64,000 bases of DNA, taken from contig CAVVLO010000002.1 of the NCBI GenBank assembly GCA_963749155.1, forward strand, positions 192,001 through 256,000, written 5' to 3'. Origin of the DNA: an uncultured Armatimonadia bacterium (GTDB taxonomy: Bacteria > Armatimonadota > Zipacnadia > CAVVLO01). The notes below the pieces were generated by a model. That model was given only the letters and a program-made list of their open reading frames with translations. It made no database searches and was not told the DNA's origin. Made by a program: the position numbers and the translations under genes. Positions 9,566 through 20,594 of the stretch are shown piece after piece. The first letter of the stretch is position 1. Each line of letters begins with the position of its first letter.

Positions 9566-9590
9566 GGGCGGGGCTTAGACCCGCCCCTAC
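9566..9590 (-). repeat. GTAG-type REP-like palindrome
   Basis: Minus strand reads GTAGGGGCGGGTCTAAGCCCCGCCC: a GTAG head followed by a GC-rich imperfect hairpin. Confidence 0.6.
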
Positions 9591-9625
9591 AGAAGGCGAA
9601 GCGCCGCGATGGAGTCTTCCTTTCC

Positions 9626-9654
9626 TTGACCCGGCCCGCAGGATAAGCCAGAAT
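9626..9654 (+). promoter_or_regulatory. Candidate sigma70 promoter for glnS
   Basis: TTGACC-N17-CAGAAT about 70 bp upstream of the glnS ATG. Confidence 0.4.
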
Positions 9655-9724
9655 AAGCCAAGGCGCCGCAAGAAGACTCGCGCAACGCGCGCCCTAATCC
9701 CTGTAGAAGATGAGACAGACCAAA

Positions 9725-11440
9725 ATGAGTGATCCTGGCAGCACAGAACCACTAACTGGTGACAGGCCCGAGCCAACTGACTTCATCCGCGAGGCGGTGA
9801 AGCAAGACCTGGCCGAGGGACGCTTCGACCATGTCCAGACGCGCTTCCCTCCCGAGCCAAACGCCTATCTGCATATCGGCCACGCAAAGGCAGTCTGGAT
9901 TGATTACGGCATCGCCGAGGAGTTCGGCGGGCTGTTCAACCTGCGTTTCGACGATACCAATCCGACAAAAGAAGAGCAGGAGTTTGTGGATGGCATCATT
10001 GAGGATGTCCACTGGCTTGGCGCCGACTGGGGCGACCGGTTGTTCTTTGGGTCGGACTACTTCGAGCAGATGTACGAGTGGGCGCTTGTCCTCATCAAGA
10101 AAGGCCTGGCCTATGTCTGCGACCTGACGCCTGAAGAGGTAATTGACTCGCGGGGCGCGCCTACTCGGCCAGGTGTCGAGAGTCCCTATCGCGGTCGCAG
10201 CATCGAAGAGAATCTCGACCTCTTCGAGCGGATGCGCGCCGGGGAGTTTCCGGATGGCACCAGGACGCTTCGGGCCAAGATTGATATGACCTCGCCCAAC
10301 TTGAATCTGCGCGACCCGATTATGTATCGCATCCGGCACGCAGAGCATCATCGCCAGGGCAACAAATGGTGCATCTATCCGATGTACGACTGGGCGCATG
10401 GACTGGAAGATTCCATCGAGGGCATTACGCATTCGCTGTGTTCGCTGGAATATGAGAATCACAGGCCGCTCTATGACTGGTTCCTCGAGGCGCTTGAGAT
10501 CTATCATCCAAGGCAAATTGAGTTCGCGCGGCTTAATCTCTCTTATACGGTGATGAGCAAGCGGCGCTTCATCGAGCTGGTGCAGGGCGGTTATGTAAGC
10601 GGATATGACGACCCTCGACTGCCGACCCTGGCTGGCATGCGCAGGCGTGGCTACACGCCGGAGGCTATCAAAGACTTCTGCAAGCGCATTGGGGTCGCCA
10701 AGTCAGACAGTATCGTGGACATCGCCATGCTGGAAGACTGCGTGCGAGAGCATCTCAACAAGACGGCCGCGCGTGTAATGGCCGTTATGAAGCCGCTCAA
10801 GGTCGTTCTGATCAACTATCCAGAGGACCAGATCGAAGAACTGGACGCGATAAATAATCCCGAGGACACCTCGGCTGGCAGTCGCAAGGTGCCTTTCGCC
10901 CGTGAGCTGTATATCGAACGCGAAGACTTTGCCGAAGACCCGCCGCCAAAGTTTTACAGACTGGCTCCAGGTCGCGAAGTGCGACTGCGTTATGCGTATT
11001 TCATCAAATGCGAGGAAGTAGTGAAGGACGAGAGAGGCGATATTGTCGAACTCCGCTGCACTTACGATCCTGAGACTCGCGGGGGCGATGCGCCCGATGG
11101 ACGCAAGGTGAAGAGCACTCTCCACTGGGTTGCGGCAGCCTCTGCTGTGGAAGCCGAGGTGCGCTTGTTCGACCGGTTGTTCCTGAAGCCTGATCCGGAC
11201 GAGGTAGAAGAGGGGCAGGATTATCTTGCCAACCTCAATCCTGAATCCCTGGAGATAACCTCCTGCTTCATCGAACCAGGTGCTGTCGGAGCCGAACCTG
11301 GCACGCGCTTCCAGTTCGAGCGGCAGGGGTACTTCTGTGTCGATCGTGATTCGACCCCTGAGAAGCTCTGCTTCAACAGGACGGTCACCCTGCGCGACTC
11401 ATGGGCAAAGATTGCCCAGGCCACAAAGCAGGGGAAGTAA
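9725..11440 (+). CDS. glnS: Glutamine--tRNA ligase
   Basis: [17 protein letters not shown] (HIGH motif), [24 protein letters not shown] (KMSKS-like), [23 protein letters not shown]. Start taken at the second ATG. Confidence 0.97.
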   Translation: MSDPGSTEPLTGDRPEPTDFIREAVKQDLAEGRFDHVQTRFPPEPNAYLHIGHAKAVWIDYGIAEEFGGLFNLRFDDTNPTKEEQEFVDGIIEDVHWLGADWGDRLFFGSDYFEQMYEWALVLIKKGLAYVCDLTPEEVIDSRGAPTRPGVESPYRGRSIEENLDLFERMRAGEFPDGTRTLRAKIDMTSPNLNLRDPIMYRIRHAEHHRQGNKWCIYPMYDWAHGLEDSIEGITHSLCSLEYENHRPLYDWFLEALEIYHPRQIEFARLNLSYTVMSKRRFIELVQGGYVSGYDDPRLPTLAGMRRRGYTPEAIKDFCKRIGVAKSDSIVDIAMLEDCVREHLNKTAARVMAVMKPLKVVLINYPEDQIEELDAINNPEDTSAGSRKVPFARELYIEREDFAEDPPPKFYRLAPGREVRLRYAYFIKCEEVVKDERGDIVELRCTYDPETRGGDAPDGRKVKSTLHWVAAASAVEAEVRLFDRLFLKPDPDEVEEGQDYLANLNPESLEITSCFIEPGAVGAEPGTRFQFERQGYFCVDRDSTPEKLCFNRTVTLRDSWAKIAQATKQGK

Positions 11441-11463
11441 GGGCCATCCGGAGCCGTCAGCAC

Positions 11464-11493
11464 TTGACATAAGGCCCCCAGCCTTGTAAATAT
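11464..11493 (+). promoter_or_regulatory. sigma70 promoter for tRNA-Gln
   Basis: Perfect TTGACA at 11464-11469, then an AT-rich TAAATAT -10 region 17 bp later, directly upstream of the tRNA. Confidence 0.6.
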
Positions 11494-11504
11494 ATGGGCC
11501 ACGC

Positions 11505-11580
11505 TGCCGAATAGCTCAATTGGTAGAGCGCGTGCCTCTGGAGCACGATGTTCTAGGTTCGAGTCCTAGTTCGGCAGCCA
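11505..11580 (+). tRNA. tRNA-Gln (anticodon CUG)
   Basis: Acceptor stem TGCCGAA/TTCGGCA (U1-A72), D arm GCTC/GAGC, anticodon stem CGTGC/GCACG with loop CT-CTG-GA, T arm CTAGG-TTCGAGT-CCTAG, encoded CCA. Confidence 0.97.
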
Positions 11581-11593
11581 TCTAGTAAATCGT

Positions 11594-11630
11594 CAAGGGA
11601 GCGCATACATATGCGCTCCCTTGTTGTTTT
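11594..11630 (+). terminator. Rho-independent terminator after tRNA-Gln
   Basis: CAAGGGAGCGCAT-ACAT-ATGCGCTCCCTTG followed by TTGTTTT. Confidence 0.85.
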
Positions 11631-11695
11631 CCTCGCAGGAAAGCCTCCCCTATACACCGAACCTCTCCCCACAGACGCTGTGGATGGTGAATCAG

Positions 11696-14436
11696 ATGCG
11701 TTTATCAAGGCTAGTGCTTCTCATACTGCTTGCTTGCACAGCTGGCACCGGGGTGAGTGATGTGGCAAAAGGATATATTGACCTGGAAACCAGCACCAGT
11801 TGGCAGCTTGATTTTCCTGCAGGTAGAATTGGTGGCCATGCCCGCACTGGCGTACGCTGGACCGCGCCTGAAGCGGGGGTAATCTCGATCCAGGGCGGGG
11901 TGTGGAAGCTACGCAATAATGACGCGGTCAGAGTCACACTGTGGCTTAAGAGCGAGAAGCTCCTGGACCGCGTGACGCCGCCGCCTCAGTCGCCGACCTG
12001 CAACTCTAGTCGGCCCTGGCCCTTCGTACTGACCGACCTTCGTGTTGAGCGGGGAAACGACGTTATCCTCGAGATCGATGGTAATGACTTTGTGGGCATC
12101 GACCTGGTCATCTCGGATGGGGAGACCACCTGGGATCTGGCGGATGGCTTCAGTGACACCGAGAACCCTTCTGGTCCCTGGGCCTGGGGCGAGGTCGTGA
12201 TGGACGCGGCCCTGCGGCCGCATCTTGCCCCCTTCCCTGTCCACGTAGATGATTATGACGCGCCGGATATGGGGCTTGGCCAGCCGGCATGGACTGGCGA
12301 GGAACCCTTCTGGTACTACTCACTGCTGAAAAGCCGCGGCACGATAAAGCCAAGTCGCGCAGTACGCTTCACTTCCGACCTCACAGTCTGTGCCGAAGCG
12401 GCCGCAGGAGGCACCTGGGCAGGACGTTTCTGGGCAACCAACGGTCGTCAGGAACTCGCTTATGGCCTGATGCAGGAGCCGGCTTTTGCTCTCGATATCG
12501 CAGGTGAACCGCTTGTAGCTGGTTGGAACTGTGCCCAGGCCCTCGAGGTTGAGCCAACAGAGCGTGGTGAACGGCACTTCGTGGTGGAACTCTCTCACGA
12601 CAGCCCAAGGCTGACCTGCAGGTTGCACACACTGCTGGATGGCACCGCAGTGATGACTCGGTGGCTCGAGCTGACTAATGAGTCAGCTGAGGCGTTACCA
12701 CTCACTGGTGTTTGGCCCTGGACGCCTACCTTCATCGCGGGAGCCAACTTCTGGGGCAACGCCAACCCGCCGAAGGTTGCGGACAACGCCTTTACCCTCG
12801 GCTACTTCACGAAGCCCGACCACTGTTGGGAAGGCTGGTTTGACTGGAAGCCGCTGCCGGTTGGCAAGACCGTTATTGGCTGTGACCGCGGCCAGTGCTA
12901 TGACGATCCTTTCTTCATCATTCGCAACGAGGGGACAGGTGAATACGCCATCGGGAGCCTGGCCTGGTCGGCCAACTGGCAGATGGAGCTCGATTACGCC
13001 CAGGAAGGCACTCACACCTTGCGCTGCAAGATAGGCCCCTGGGCGAGTGATGCACTGCGAGTTGTGGCGCCCGGAGAGACCATCACCAGCCCCGCAGTGC
13101 ATCTGGGGCTGGTCGCGGGTGATCTCGACGCCGCGGTGCAGGCGATGCACGAGCATATACGGCGTTCAGTCCTGCCTCCACGTAACCTTGACCGGGCCTA
13201 CCTTGTGCAATACTCGTTACCTGGCGACCAGGGGTACCTGTCCCAGCGATTCGGCGATGCCAGTGGTTACACCGAGGAGAGTGTCCTCGCCAATGTTGAC
13301 CTGGCTGTCTCACTCGGAGCGGAACTCTTCATAATGGATGCCGCCTGGTGGGATATCCAGGGCGATTGGACTGCCTCGCCGACGCGCTTTCCGCACGGGC
13401 TAGACCCGATCATCGACTACTGCCACAAGAAGGGACTGCTGTTTGGGCTCTACGCCGAGATCGAGAAGGCCAGCCCTGGCAGCAAGGCCGCCCAAGAGCA
13501 TCCAGACTGGATCGAGTGGCATGCTCCGTATCCTGTGCTCAATCTGGCCGATCCTGAGGTTGCGGCCTATATGGAGGAGCAACTTGCCAGCCTGATAGAA
13601 CGTTACCGGCTGGATCTCTTCCGCCTTGATTTCAACACGCCGACCTCTGAGCGCTTCGAGGGAGCAAGCTTTGAGCGTGAGGGAAACGTCGAGAACAACT
13701 TCTGGCGTTACTATGACGCCTGCTACGGCATATTCGAGCGCATCCGGGAGCGCTTTCCCGACGTCATCCTCCAGCAAGCGGCCTGTGGCGGTGGCCGCAA
13801 CGACCTGGGCATCGTCGCGCGCTTCGATGAGCAGTATCTCACCGATGGTCTGAGGGTACCGTATGAGCTACAGAACTATGCCGGGCAGACACTCTCACTG
13901 CCTCCGGAGACACTGATCATCGCCCATGGGGCCGATGGGGGACAGGGCTTTGGCGCTGCAGAGAATCTCGACACGGTGCTAAGGACGACTTTCGCCCTGT
14001 CGCCTCCCTGGCTATTTGCAGGCGACAGTAGGCCCGGCTGACACCCCGATGCATCCAGAACGACTCGCGCGTATCCGCCATTACTGCGATCTTTACAAGA
14101 GCTTCATCAGGCCACTGCTGCCCACTTGCAAGGTCTTCCACCACGAGCCAGTCAGCGCGACTGGCGGGGTCGAATCGAGCGGCTGGTTTGTGCTGGAATA
14201 TGCCTCGCCCGACCGCAAGCAAGGGTGGGCAACGTTAGTGCGGATTGCGCGTAAGGGTGACGACCTAGTACTTCCTCAGGCCGCGCGGGCTCGATCCAGC
14301 CAAAACTTATGAGGTTACTTTCGACAACTTCGGCTCGAAGGTAAAACTCACGGGCCTGGAACTGATGCGAGAGGGCATACCTGTAAGGTTAGAGGCCTTA
14401 GCCTCCTCTGAACTGCTGCTCTTCAAGGCCAGGTGA
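11696..14436 (+). CDS. Secreted GH36-like alpha-galactosidase with an N-terminal beta-sandwich module; two apparent frameshifts near 14025 and 14270
   Basis: Signal peptide MRLSRLVLLILLACTAG; ELFIMDAAWW, GDW, RFPHGL, FGLYAEIE, LFRLDFN, ACGGGRNDLG. A GH36-type C-terminus (YEVTFDN...SELLLFKAR*) is recovered in shifted frames up to TGA 14434-14436. Confidence 0.8.
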
Positions 14437-14446
14437 GGAGGCCCAG

Positions 14447-15772
14447 ATGCGAATCGCTCTCTTGCTTGCTCTGGGTTTGATTCTGGCTGCGGGCTGCGCA
14501 TGGCCGAAAGGAGGCGGTCCAGTGGGGCTGTCAGGTTACACGCTGGAGGATGACAAAGGCCCCTTCCTTGGACTCGGCGTTACCTATATGGCGGCGCTGC
14601 GCCACTCGAAATATGACTACCCACTGCTCTGCAGCAACCTCGAACTGCTCTCCCAGAACGGCTTCGGCTACATCCGCGTCCTCTCAATGGTCGGTTGGTA
14701 CTCCGCCTGGGAGGGCATCGAGATAGCCCCAGTAGACTTTACAAGCCGCGAAGGCAAGCCGGTTGCCGCCTGGCCAGACTATGACGCTCAGCTTGCACGG
14801 CTTATCGACACAGCCTACGACAAGTATGGCTTGCGTGTCGAGTTGACCCTTTTCGCGGACGCTCAACTGATGCCGGAACGCAAGCAGCGTCTTGCCCACC
14901 TCGATCGGGTGCTTTCCGTAGTAAAGGGAAGAGAGTCCAAAGTCATCCTGCTCGAGGTCGCCAATGAGGCCTGGCAGAACGGCTTTCCGGGCGAGACTGG
15001 CGAGCGAGAACTACGTCACTACTCTGATTACCTGAGGAAGAGAACGCCTGTACTCACTGCGCTTAGCGCACCGCCGGACTCGTCTCTGGAAGGTATCCGC
15101 AAGCTATATGATGGGAGTGTTGCCGACATCGCCACAGTGCACTTCTCCCGCGACATGCACAGCCAGGAAGGCCCCTGGCTTCCTGTCAGAGATTGTTGGG
15201 CAGCAGCAAGAAATGCTGGTCGCCCCATCAGCAGCAACGAACCGATCGGCCCTGGTTCTTCGGTTGACAGCGAATCTGATCCTGTGCGGCTTGTTTCAGC
15301 TGCCCTGCTCGCCTGGACGGCCGGTCTGCCGATGTACGTCTACCACACCTCGGCGGGTGTCTTCGGCAAGGTGCCCTTCGAAGAGATGGCCGGTCTGGCG
15401 AGTTTTGCGAAACTGCGCAAGCTGCTGCCACCCGACCTTCCAAACTGGACGAGGGACGATGGCACAGCACAATATTTCCCTGTCGCCAGCAACTGTGAGC
15501 GCAACTGCCTGGGTGCAGCGTTGCGCGCGCCAAGCGAGGCAGGTTGCATATACTGCCCAGGTGCTACTCAGGATAAAGAGTTCGTTCTCATCCCGATGGG
15601 TGTGCGAGAAGCAGGCATCGAACTTACGGCACATGTATCGGTGGAAATGCGCGTCTACAATCCCTTTACCGGCGAGTTGGTGCTGCGTGGCAAATACGAG
15701 CCGGGAGAGCGCCTCATCCTGCCGCAAGGGTCGGGAGTCTATATCATCTGGGGCAAGCTGAGGGAGAGTTAA
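14447..15772 (+). CDS. Putative lipoprotein with a TIM-barrel glycoside-hydrolase-like domain (clan GH-A-like)
   Basis: Lipobox LAAGC; LEVANE acid/base-like motif, ATVH, and ISSNEP nucleophile-like motif; GGAGG RBS. Confidence 0.55.
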   Translation: MRIALLLALGLILAAGCAWPKGGGPVGLSGYTLEDDKGPFLGLGVTYMAALRHSKYDYPLLCSNLELLSQNGFGYIRVLSMVGWYSAWEGIEIAPVDFTSREGKPVAAWPDYDAQLARLIDTAYDKYGLRVELTLFADAQLMPERKQRLAHLDRVLSVVKGRESKVILLEVANEAWQNGFPGETGERELRHYSDYLRKRTPVLTALSAPPDSSLEGIRKLYDGSVADIATVHFSRDMHSQEGPWLPVRDCWAAARNAGRPISSNEPIGPGSSVDSESDPVRLVSAALLAWTAGLPMYVYHTSAGVFGKVPFEEMAGLASFAKLRKLLPPDLPNWTRDDGTAQYFPVASNCERNCLGAALRAPSEAGCIYCPGATQDKEFVLIPMGVREAGIELTAHVSVEMRVYNPFTGELVLRGKYEPGERLILPQGSGVYIIWGKLRES

Positions 15773-15776
15773 CGAG

Positions 15777-18536
15777 ATGAAGGCTGTAAGCCTGGGGACT
15801 ACTGTGCTCTTGCTTATTGCAGCTTGTTGCCTGGCTGCAGCAGAACCGGTTCTGCTTGTCGCGATGCACGACACAGGCTGCATCGAAGCCTACGAAGTGG
15901 CCACTGGCAAGTGGCTGGGTACGCTGACAGAGGGGCTGGAATCACCAAATGCCCTCTGCGCAGGGCCTGAGGGCGCGCTCTACGTGGCTTGCGGCGTGAG
16001 TAACGGGCCTGGTGTGGTCGTAAAGGTAGATGGGAAGACAGGTGAAGTACTCGAAGAGTCCGTTAGCTATCCTGATGGCGATCCAGCCCAGCCTCGCAGA
16101 GCAACAGATGTGAAAGTGCTTGGAGAGGCTCTCTACGTAGCAAGCTGCGATGATGGCCGACTGCTGCGCTATGCGTTGTCAGATGGCGTCTTCCTCGGAG
16201 AGGTTGCGAAAGGCAGCGCCGGAGGAGTAACAGAGCTTGAGCTGCATGACGGGTGGCTCTACTGGGCCGATTTTCAAACTCACTCGGTCAGGAGAAGCTC
16301 CCTGGAAGACAGCCAGGTGGAATCGTTCACAACCCGAAGTGGTTTTGCCCCCTGGGGTCTGGCTTTCGATTCGGACGGGAATCTCTTCTGGAGTGGCTCA
16401 GACCACACTATCCAGCGTTGCAAGGAAGGTACAAATACGACCTGGGTTGGACCTGAAGCAGGGCTTACGACGCCGATCCACCTGGAGCTAGTGGCTGAAA
16501 GGCTTTTTGTCTCGGATTATTCAGGGGGCACTATAACCATCTGGAGCGCGCAAGAGCCCGATAAACTGCTGCTGACAATCAAGGGAGACGAGGTGAAAGG
16601 TCCAATGGGTATGGCCTTCAGTGAGGAGGCTCCAAACAAGGGCAAACCGAAGTTGGTTGGCCTGGAAGCTGGCTCCGGCGGCAATCCGGTAGTCCGGCTC
16701 GAAGCGCGCGCCGACAGGGCGAGAGTGGATTTCCTCGGTTGGGATACCGAAGGCGGTGACCGCGCCCGGGTGAATCTCTTGAGGCGTCCTGCCCAGCTTC
16801 GACTGCTATTGGATTCTCGTTGGAAGTCTAGCCAAAACTTGCCGGCAACGTTAACCCATTCCGAGAAAGATGCCCTTGAATACCGCCTGGACTTAGGCGA
16901 GGGAACTTTCCTTATCTGGCGTCTACGCCTCTTTGAGGGTGGCCTTGATATCCGTCTAAAATTGGAAGGTGTGAAGTCAGAGCGGTTGCAGGGGGTGCAG
17001 CTTGAGCTACCCCTTAATCCGCGTAACTCATGCGCTACCGTCCTCAATGATAAGTGGTCCGAGGACGGTAAAGCTCTGCTTCCGTGCGTCTTAAGTGCGC
17101 CTGACCTCGGCCAGATGCGTCTTTCCTGCAATCGTTACCCGGACCTACCGGTCGGGGTTGAGGGATCTCGGTTGGCCGGAAAACTTACCCTAACCTTCGA
17201 TTTGCCGGTTCCCGATCAGCGAGGGTATGCATTGAGCTTTCGTCCTGTCCTGCTGCCAAGGCCAGCTGGTTATGCCAACGAGGCCAGATGGAAAGCAGCC
17301 CGACGTGGCTGGTTCAACTTTCTCGAAGCGACAGCCCACCGCCCCGCTGAAGGAAATCACACCGAGACGACACCTGGTTTGTGGGCCAACAACACCCTCA
17401 GCGATCCTGTAAGCTCCACAATATTCTGGCTTGGAGAGGCGGTGCTGCTAGTGCCCGAGCTTGCAGAAGGTGTCACAAGCACCGCTCTGCTGAGGCGCAC
17501 GCTTGATGCCTGGCTCACTAACCGAGTGAACGAAGAAGGTCAGGTGACCTATGTCTGGACTGGTGGCTATGGGATGATGGACGCCCCGCCGGCACTGCTA
17601 ATCGCCGCTTGGTCCTATGTCGAGGCAACGGGGGACCTGGCCTGGTATAAAGCCAACTACGAAGTGCTGAATCGCATTGCCGGCTATGTTGCGGGGCGTG
17701 ATGTGGACGGCGATGGCCTGGTCGAGTCGAAACAAACCGGCAACAGCGGTACCTACCTGTTTGGTGACACTGCCTGGGATACTTACAGTTCTGGCCACAA
17801 GAATGCTTATGTCAACGCGCTAGCCTATCGAGCTTTCCTGTGCCTGGCAGATCTGGAGAGCAAGGTGGGTGACCTCGAGAAGGCCAGCGTGTGGCGCGAC
17901 CGGGCTAGCAAGCTGAAGGCTGCCTTCCACGACTGTTTCTATAATCCTGATTCTGGCTGGCTCGGTTGGTGGCGTAGCGAGGACGGCGTGCTCCATGACA
18001 TCAACAGCGATGTGCCGACCGACCTGGCTATTCTCTACGGGCTCATCGAGGAGGCAGAGGGCGCCCAGATGCTGGACAAGTATTGGGCAGCCCTACAACA
18101 AAGTGGCTTTAAGCGTTTTGATTTGGGGGTACCGCTAAATATCAGGCCTGTACCACGTGATGACCAATACCAAGGGTGGGGCGGACAGAATCCTGATGGT
18201 TCGGACACCTTCGGAAAGTATCTCAATGGTGGTTGTTGCGTCAGCAACGCCGGATTGTTCCTCGCTGCTAACTGGGTTGCTGGACACACAGACCGCGCCG
18301 ATATGGTGCAGGATGCGATGCTGAAGCGGCAGGTGGAGGGATTTTTCTCTAACGGCGGAGGGTTCCAGAATGGATTCGTGGACCGCTACCCCGAGGGGGC
18401 AGAGTTCTATGACTGGGAGGGCAACACCTGCGGTTATGAAGGCCATCTGGTTTACTCCTGGATTTTCTTGCAGGCAATGCTGATGGAAGAACCAGCTTTG
18501 CGGCAACGCGTGTTTGGGCCAGTGCTTAGTGACTAA
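15777..18536 (+). CDS. Secreted protein: N-terminal beta-propeller fused to a C-terminal (alpha/alpha)6-barrel glycosidase-like domain
   Basis: Signal peptide; propeller blades (PNALCAGPEGALYVA, PWGLAFDSDGNLFW); barrel motifs DVDGDGLVE, AYVNALAYRA, YLNGG, EFY. Confidence 0.7.
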   Translation: MKAVSLGTTVLLLIAACCLAAAEPVLLVAMHDTGCIEAYEVATGKWLGTLTEGLESPNALCAGPEGALYVACGVSNGPGVVVKVDGKTGEVLEESVSYPDGDPAQPRRATDVKVLGEALYVASCDDGRLLRYALSDGVFLGEVAKGSAGGVTELELHDGWLYWADFQTHSVRRSSLEDSQVESFTTRSGFAPWGLAFDSDGNLFWSGSDHTIQRCKEGTNTTWVGPEAGLTTPIHLELVAERLFVSDYSGGTITIWSAQEPDKLLLTIKGDEVKGPMGMAFSEEAPNKGKPKLVGLEAGSGGNPVVRLEARADRARVDFLGWDTEGGDRARVNLLRRPAQLRLLLDSRWKSSQNLPATLTHSEKDALEYRLDLGEGTFLIWRLRLFEGGLDIRLKLEGVKSERLQGVQLELPLNPRNSCATVLNDKWSEDGKALLPCVLSAPDLGQMRLSCNRYPDLPVGVEGSRLAGKLTLTFDLPVPDQRGYALSFRPVLLPRPAGYANEARWKAARRGWFNFLEATAHRPAEGNHTETTPGLWANNTLSDPVSSTIFWLGEAVLLVPELAEGVTSTALLRRTLDAWLTNRVNEEGQVTYVWTGGYGMMDAPPALLIAAWSYVEATGDLAWYKANYEVLNRIAGYVAGRDVDGDGLVESKQTGNSGTYLFGDTAWDTYSSGHKNAYVNALAYRAFLCLADLESKVGDLEKASVWRDRASKLKAAFHDCFYNPDSGWLGWWRSEDGVLHDINSDVPTDLAILYGLIEEAEGAQMLDKYWAALQQSGFKRFDLGVPLNIRPVPRDDQYQGWGGQNPDGSDTFGKYLNGGCCVSNAGLFLAANWVAGHTDRADMVQDAMLKRQVEGFFSNGGGFQNGFVDRYPEGAEFYDWEGNTCGYEGHLVYSWIFLQAMLMEEPALRQRVFGPVLSD

Positions 18537-18554
18537 TCCAAGAGGAATAGCTCT

Positions 18555-20544
18555 ATGTTACGTCAAGTTGTCTTGGCTTTATCAATATTGATAATATCAA
18601 GAATGCTGATGGCAGCCATGACGCCACCAGAGCCAGTCAAGGCTCGCGTGAGGCTTGGTTCGTACTACTTCCCCGGTCACTTCCATGCGGGTCGATGGGC
18701 GCCGATGAAGTCATATGGCAGTCCGACTCCCCTACTTGGCTATTACCGAGACGGCGCGCCTGGGGTAGCTGACTGGCACATCAAATGGGCAGTTGAACAT
18801 GGAATCTCATACTTCGTATTCGACTGGTATTACGACCATCACACTGGCACTGTAGCAGAGCATAACACCGCACTGGACCAGGGCTTCCTCCAGGCCCAGT
18901 ACCGTAACTTGATGGAGTTTGCCATATTCTGGTGCAATGAGGAGGCACTGACCGAGCCCCTCTATACAGAACCAGAGCTTGTACTATTTGGCAAGACTCT
19001 CGGGGAGCGCTATTTTGCGCAGCCAAACTACCTGCGCGTTGAGGGACGTCCGGTGGTATTCATCTCCCGGCCGTCTCGCTGGATTGCCAGCCTGGGTGAT
19101 CGCGCAGGCGAGTTGCTGGCAAGAATTAGTGCGGCAGCTGGACTGCCCGAGGGGCAGTTGGTCTATTTCGTCGCCCTGCAATCACATAATCTGTCTGGGC
19201 TGAAGGCTGCTGGCTTCAGCGCCTGCAGCGCTTACAACTATGCTAACGAGCGCACGGCGGACGAGGGCTCTCCCCTGCGCGCGACCTATGCGGATATGGT
19301 GACAAGCTACGAGCGGCTGTGGAAGCAGGTGCGCGAGGACGGTACGCTTCCTTATATAGTGCCCCTTTCACCGGGCTGGGACAGCCGCCCCTGGTATCGT
19401 GAACACGCCCTCGTGCGAACGGGGGCAACGCCAGAGCTCTTTGAGGCGATGTGCAGGCGCTCACTGGACTATGTGGACCTACGCTGCCCCCTCGTTATCG
19501 CCGAGTGCTGGAATGAGTTCGGTGAGGGCAGCTATCTCGAACCCACCGAGGAGTCTGGCTTCGAGGCGCTCGATGTGCTGAGAAAGGTCTTCTGTGATAC
19601 TCGGTGACTGGCCGTCCAATGCAGTGCCTACGGCAGAGGAGAATACCAATTTGGTATTCCAAGACATACCTGATGATCCACTCCACCTTCCGCCGGGTCA
19701 CCAGACTGGTAATCTGCTTGCCGCGGCCGATATGGAACAATCCACTGGCTGGGCTACGTTCGCTGGCAGCCCGACGCGTTTTACATCCGAGGAGCCGCAC
19801 TCTGGCAATCAGTGTCTTCTGGTAGAGCCTGACAAGCAAGCCAAGTCACTCGCTCGTGTCGCGCTGGAGTTCGGTCGCGTCTATCACGTCGAAGCCTGGG
19901 TGAGATGCGCGCCTGGGGCAAGTGTCACCGTGAACTGTGCCCTCTTCGATTCGAAGGGGAATTGGCTCCAGCGCTACATCCAGGTGGGCGCAAGCGCCTC
20001 GCCCGAGTGGACGGCTGTCTCCCTCGACCTGCCTGCGACAGACCGAGAGGTGGCGTCAGTAGACGTGGAGTTCGTTGTGAGCGGAGGTCTGGCCTATGCC
20101 GACGATGTCTCGGTGACCGCTGGTGGCTATATACCTGGTGTAGAGACGTTGTTCGACTCCAGTAGCGGTGCGGACTGGGAGCGTCTTGATGGCGCCGCCG
20201 TTGACGCCTGGCCGCTTCTAATGAAGGCAGGGACAGGCATCAAGACAAAGCGGCCTTTCCCATATATGCCCCGTGCGATATGGCTTGTGCAGGCCGAGGT
20301 GAACTGCTCCGAGCTGGCTACGCTGGAGCTTCACTTGCCTGACTTTGACGCCGAGGACCACTGGCTTGGTAGCTACGCCCCTGTTGAGGCCTCCCAGGTC
20401 AGTTGGCAGGATTGGGGCACAGTGACCTGGCGCTTCGATGCACCTGAGGAAGCAGAGAAACAAGCCTTCCGCCTGGAGTTCCGCGCCCTGGGTGGGCCGT
20501 GTGAAATTCGCAGTATAAGATTATTGCGGATCCCAATCCCATAA
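18555..20544 (+). CDS. Secreted GH99-like/WbsX-like glycosidase with C-terminal CBM-like beta-sandwich domains; probable frameshift near 19600 joins ORFs 18555-19607 and 19594-20544
   Basis: YYFPG, PLLGYY, HGISYFVFDWY, FWCNE, PGWDSRPW, CWNEFGEGSYLEP. The downstream ORF has GNLL...HSGNQCL...YHVEAWV...YADDVSV (CBM4/9-like) and no start signal of its own. Confidence 0.75.
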
Positions 20545-20578
20545 AACAGGGCGCCCGGCAGCCACCGGACGCCCTTTG
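20545..20578. terminator. Bidirectional terminator between convergent genes
   Basis: AAACAGGGCGCCCGG-CAGCCA-CCGGACGCCCTTTG hairpin. Confidence 0.6.
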
Positions 20579-20594
20579 GAAACTGACTTGGTAA

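Noticed and set aside
9350..9732. C-terminal extension of ORF 9082-9732 as real protein
   Set aside because: It translates palindromic repeats and the probable glnS promoter and has no protein-like pattern.
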